Of a DNA stretch of 64,000 nt, positions 63,385 to 64,000 are shown in pieces (the stretch's first letter is position 1; each line of letters opens with the position of its first letter). The DNA is from Pecten maximus (lineage: Eukaryota), in the NCBI RefSeq assembly GCF_902652985.1, contig NC_047029.1, positions 21,514,001 to 21,578,000 of the forward strand, written 5' to 3'. The notes beneath the pieces were generated by a model, which saw only the letters and a list, made by a program, of their open reading frames with translations, did no database searches and was not told where the DNA came from. The position numbers were made by a program, and so were the translations under genes.

Positions 63385-63564
63385 ATGGCGGAACACCGAA
63401 AGCGTGGACCTGGGAAAACGCAGACAGATTCTGCCAAAAGTGAGTGGAATCGGCAAAACCCGAGTATTTCCTTAGAAAAGGAAATGATTCGTTGGAACTT
63501 AGCGAGAAAAGAAAAGGGAATAGACTCGAATTCCGATTTTGCCGGACGTCTATTGGATTGCTGA
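63385..63564 (+). pseudogene. Short ORF resembling the first exon of a DNA-transposon protein (Kolobok-like, tentative)
   Basis: MAEHRKRGPGK...ISLEKEMIRWNLARKEKGIDSNSDFAGRLLDC*. The RW.......G..S...FA..LLD pattern is recalled from transposon-associated N-terminal domains. Lies in a GC-richer island with aaaATGgcg start. Confidence 0.35.
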
Positions 63565-64000
63565 TTAGCTTTTGAACATTGTCAACTACACCGTTTACAT
63601 GGTTCACGTATGCTCGATATGTAAACAACGACCATGTATGTAGTTTATGTTCAGCACACGTTGTTAAAGCCTCGTTCTCGGCTCCGTGACAAATCTCGAG
63701 ATTAATATAAATGCGGAGAGCGTGAGTGAGCATCTTGGATTGCCACTGATACATGTGTGCAACTAGAATTTAAGGAACAACGCAACATCAGCATCACTAA
63801 TTAATTCACCGCATCTTAACAAAAAAATGGCCCTATAACTGACCACCATCATCAACATGTCAATACAAGGAATGACAACTCTTGGTAGACATTGAATATT
63901 CAAAATCTAAAAGATCATAGAAAATGTGGTTATTTTGCTTAAATATCAATGTTCATATTTTCACGAAGTGCTCATTTGGAGTTTTCTTTAGCAGAAAACA

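Overview
AT-rich eukaryotic non-coding DNA, most likely from a bivalve mollusc. That assignment is inferred from the repeat complement: V-domain and Meta-domain SINE-like elements, pearl/HINE-type satellite-carrying elements and DIRS/CR1 relics. No long intact protein-coding gene is visible, and most ORFs in the track are repeat artefacts. The window holds three SINE-like families (about 15 copies or fragments) and three copies of a ~430-bp long-TIR MITE, two with perfect 9-bp TSDs. It also holds two Helentron-type non-autonomous elements carrying 155-bp and 147-bp satellite arrays, decayed DIRS (RT and tyrosine recombinase) and CR1/L2 LINE fragments in a nested, duplicated block, several minisatellites, and splice signals suggesting a minus-strand multi-exon gene at 1.6-18 kb. 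The most notable feature is a head-to-tail array of ~13 units of 49 bp (44419-45060) whose consensus is a complete minimal hammerhead ribozyme. Its palindromic stem III lets each junction fold as a type III hammerhead. The array follows a 44-codon transmembrane ORF, and both lie inside an apparent exon bounded by splice signals. No individual copy is perfect, so activity is unproven.
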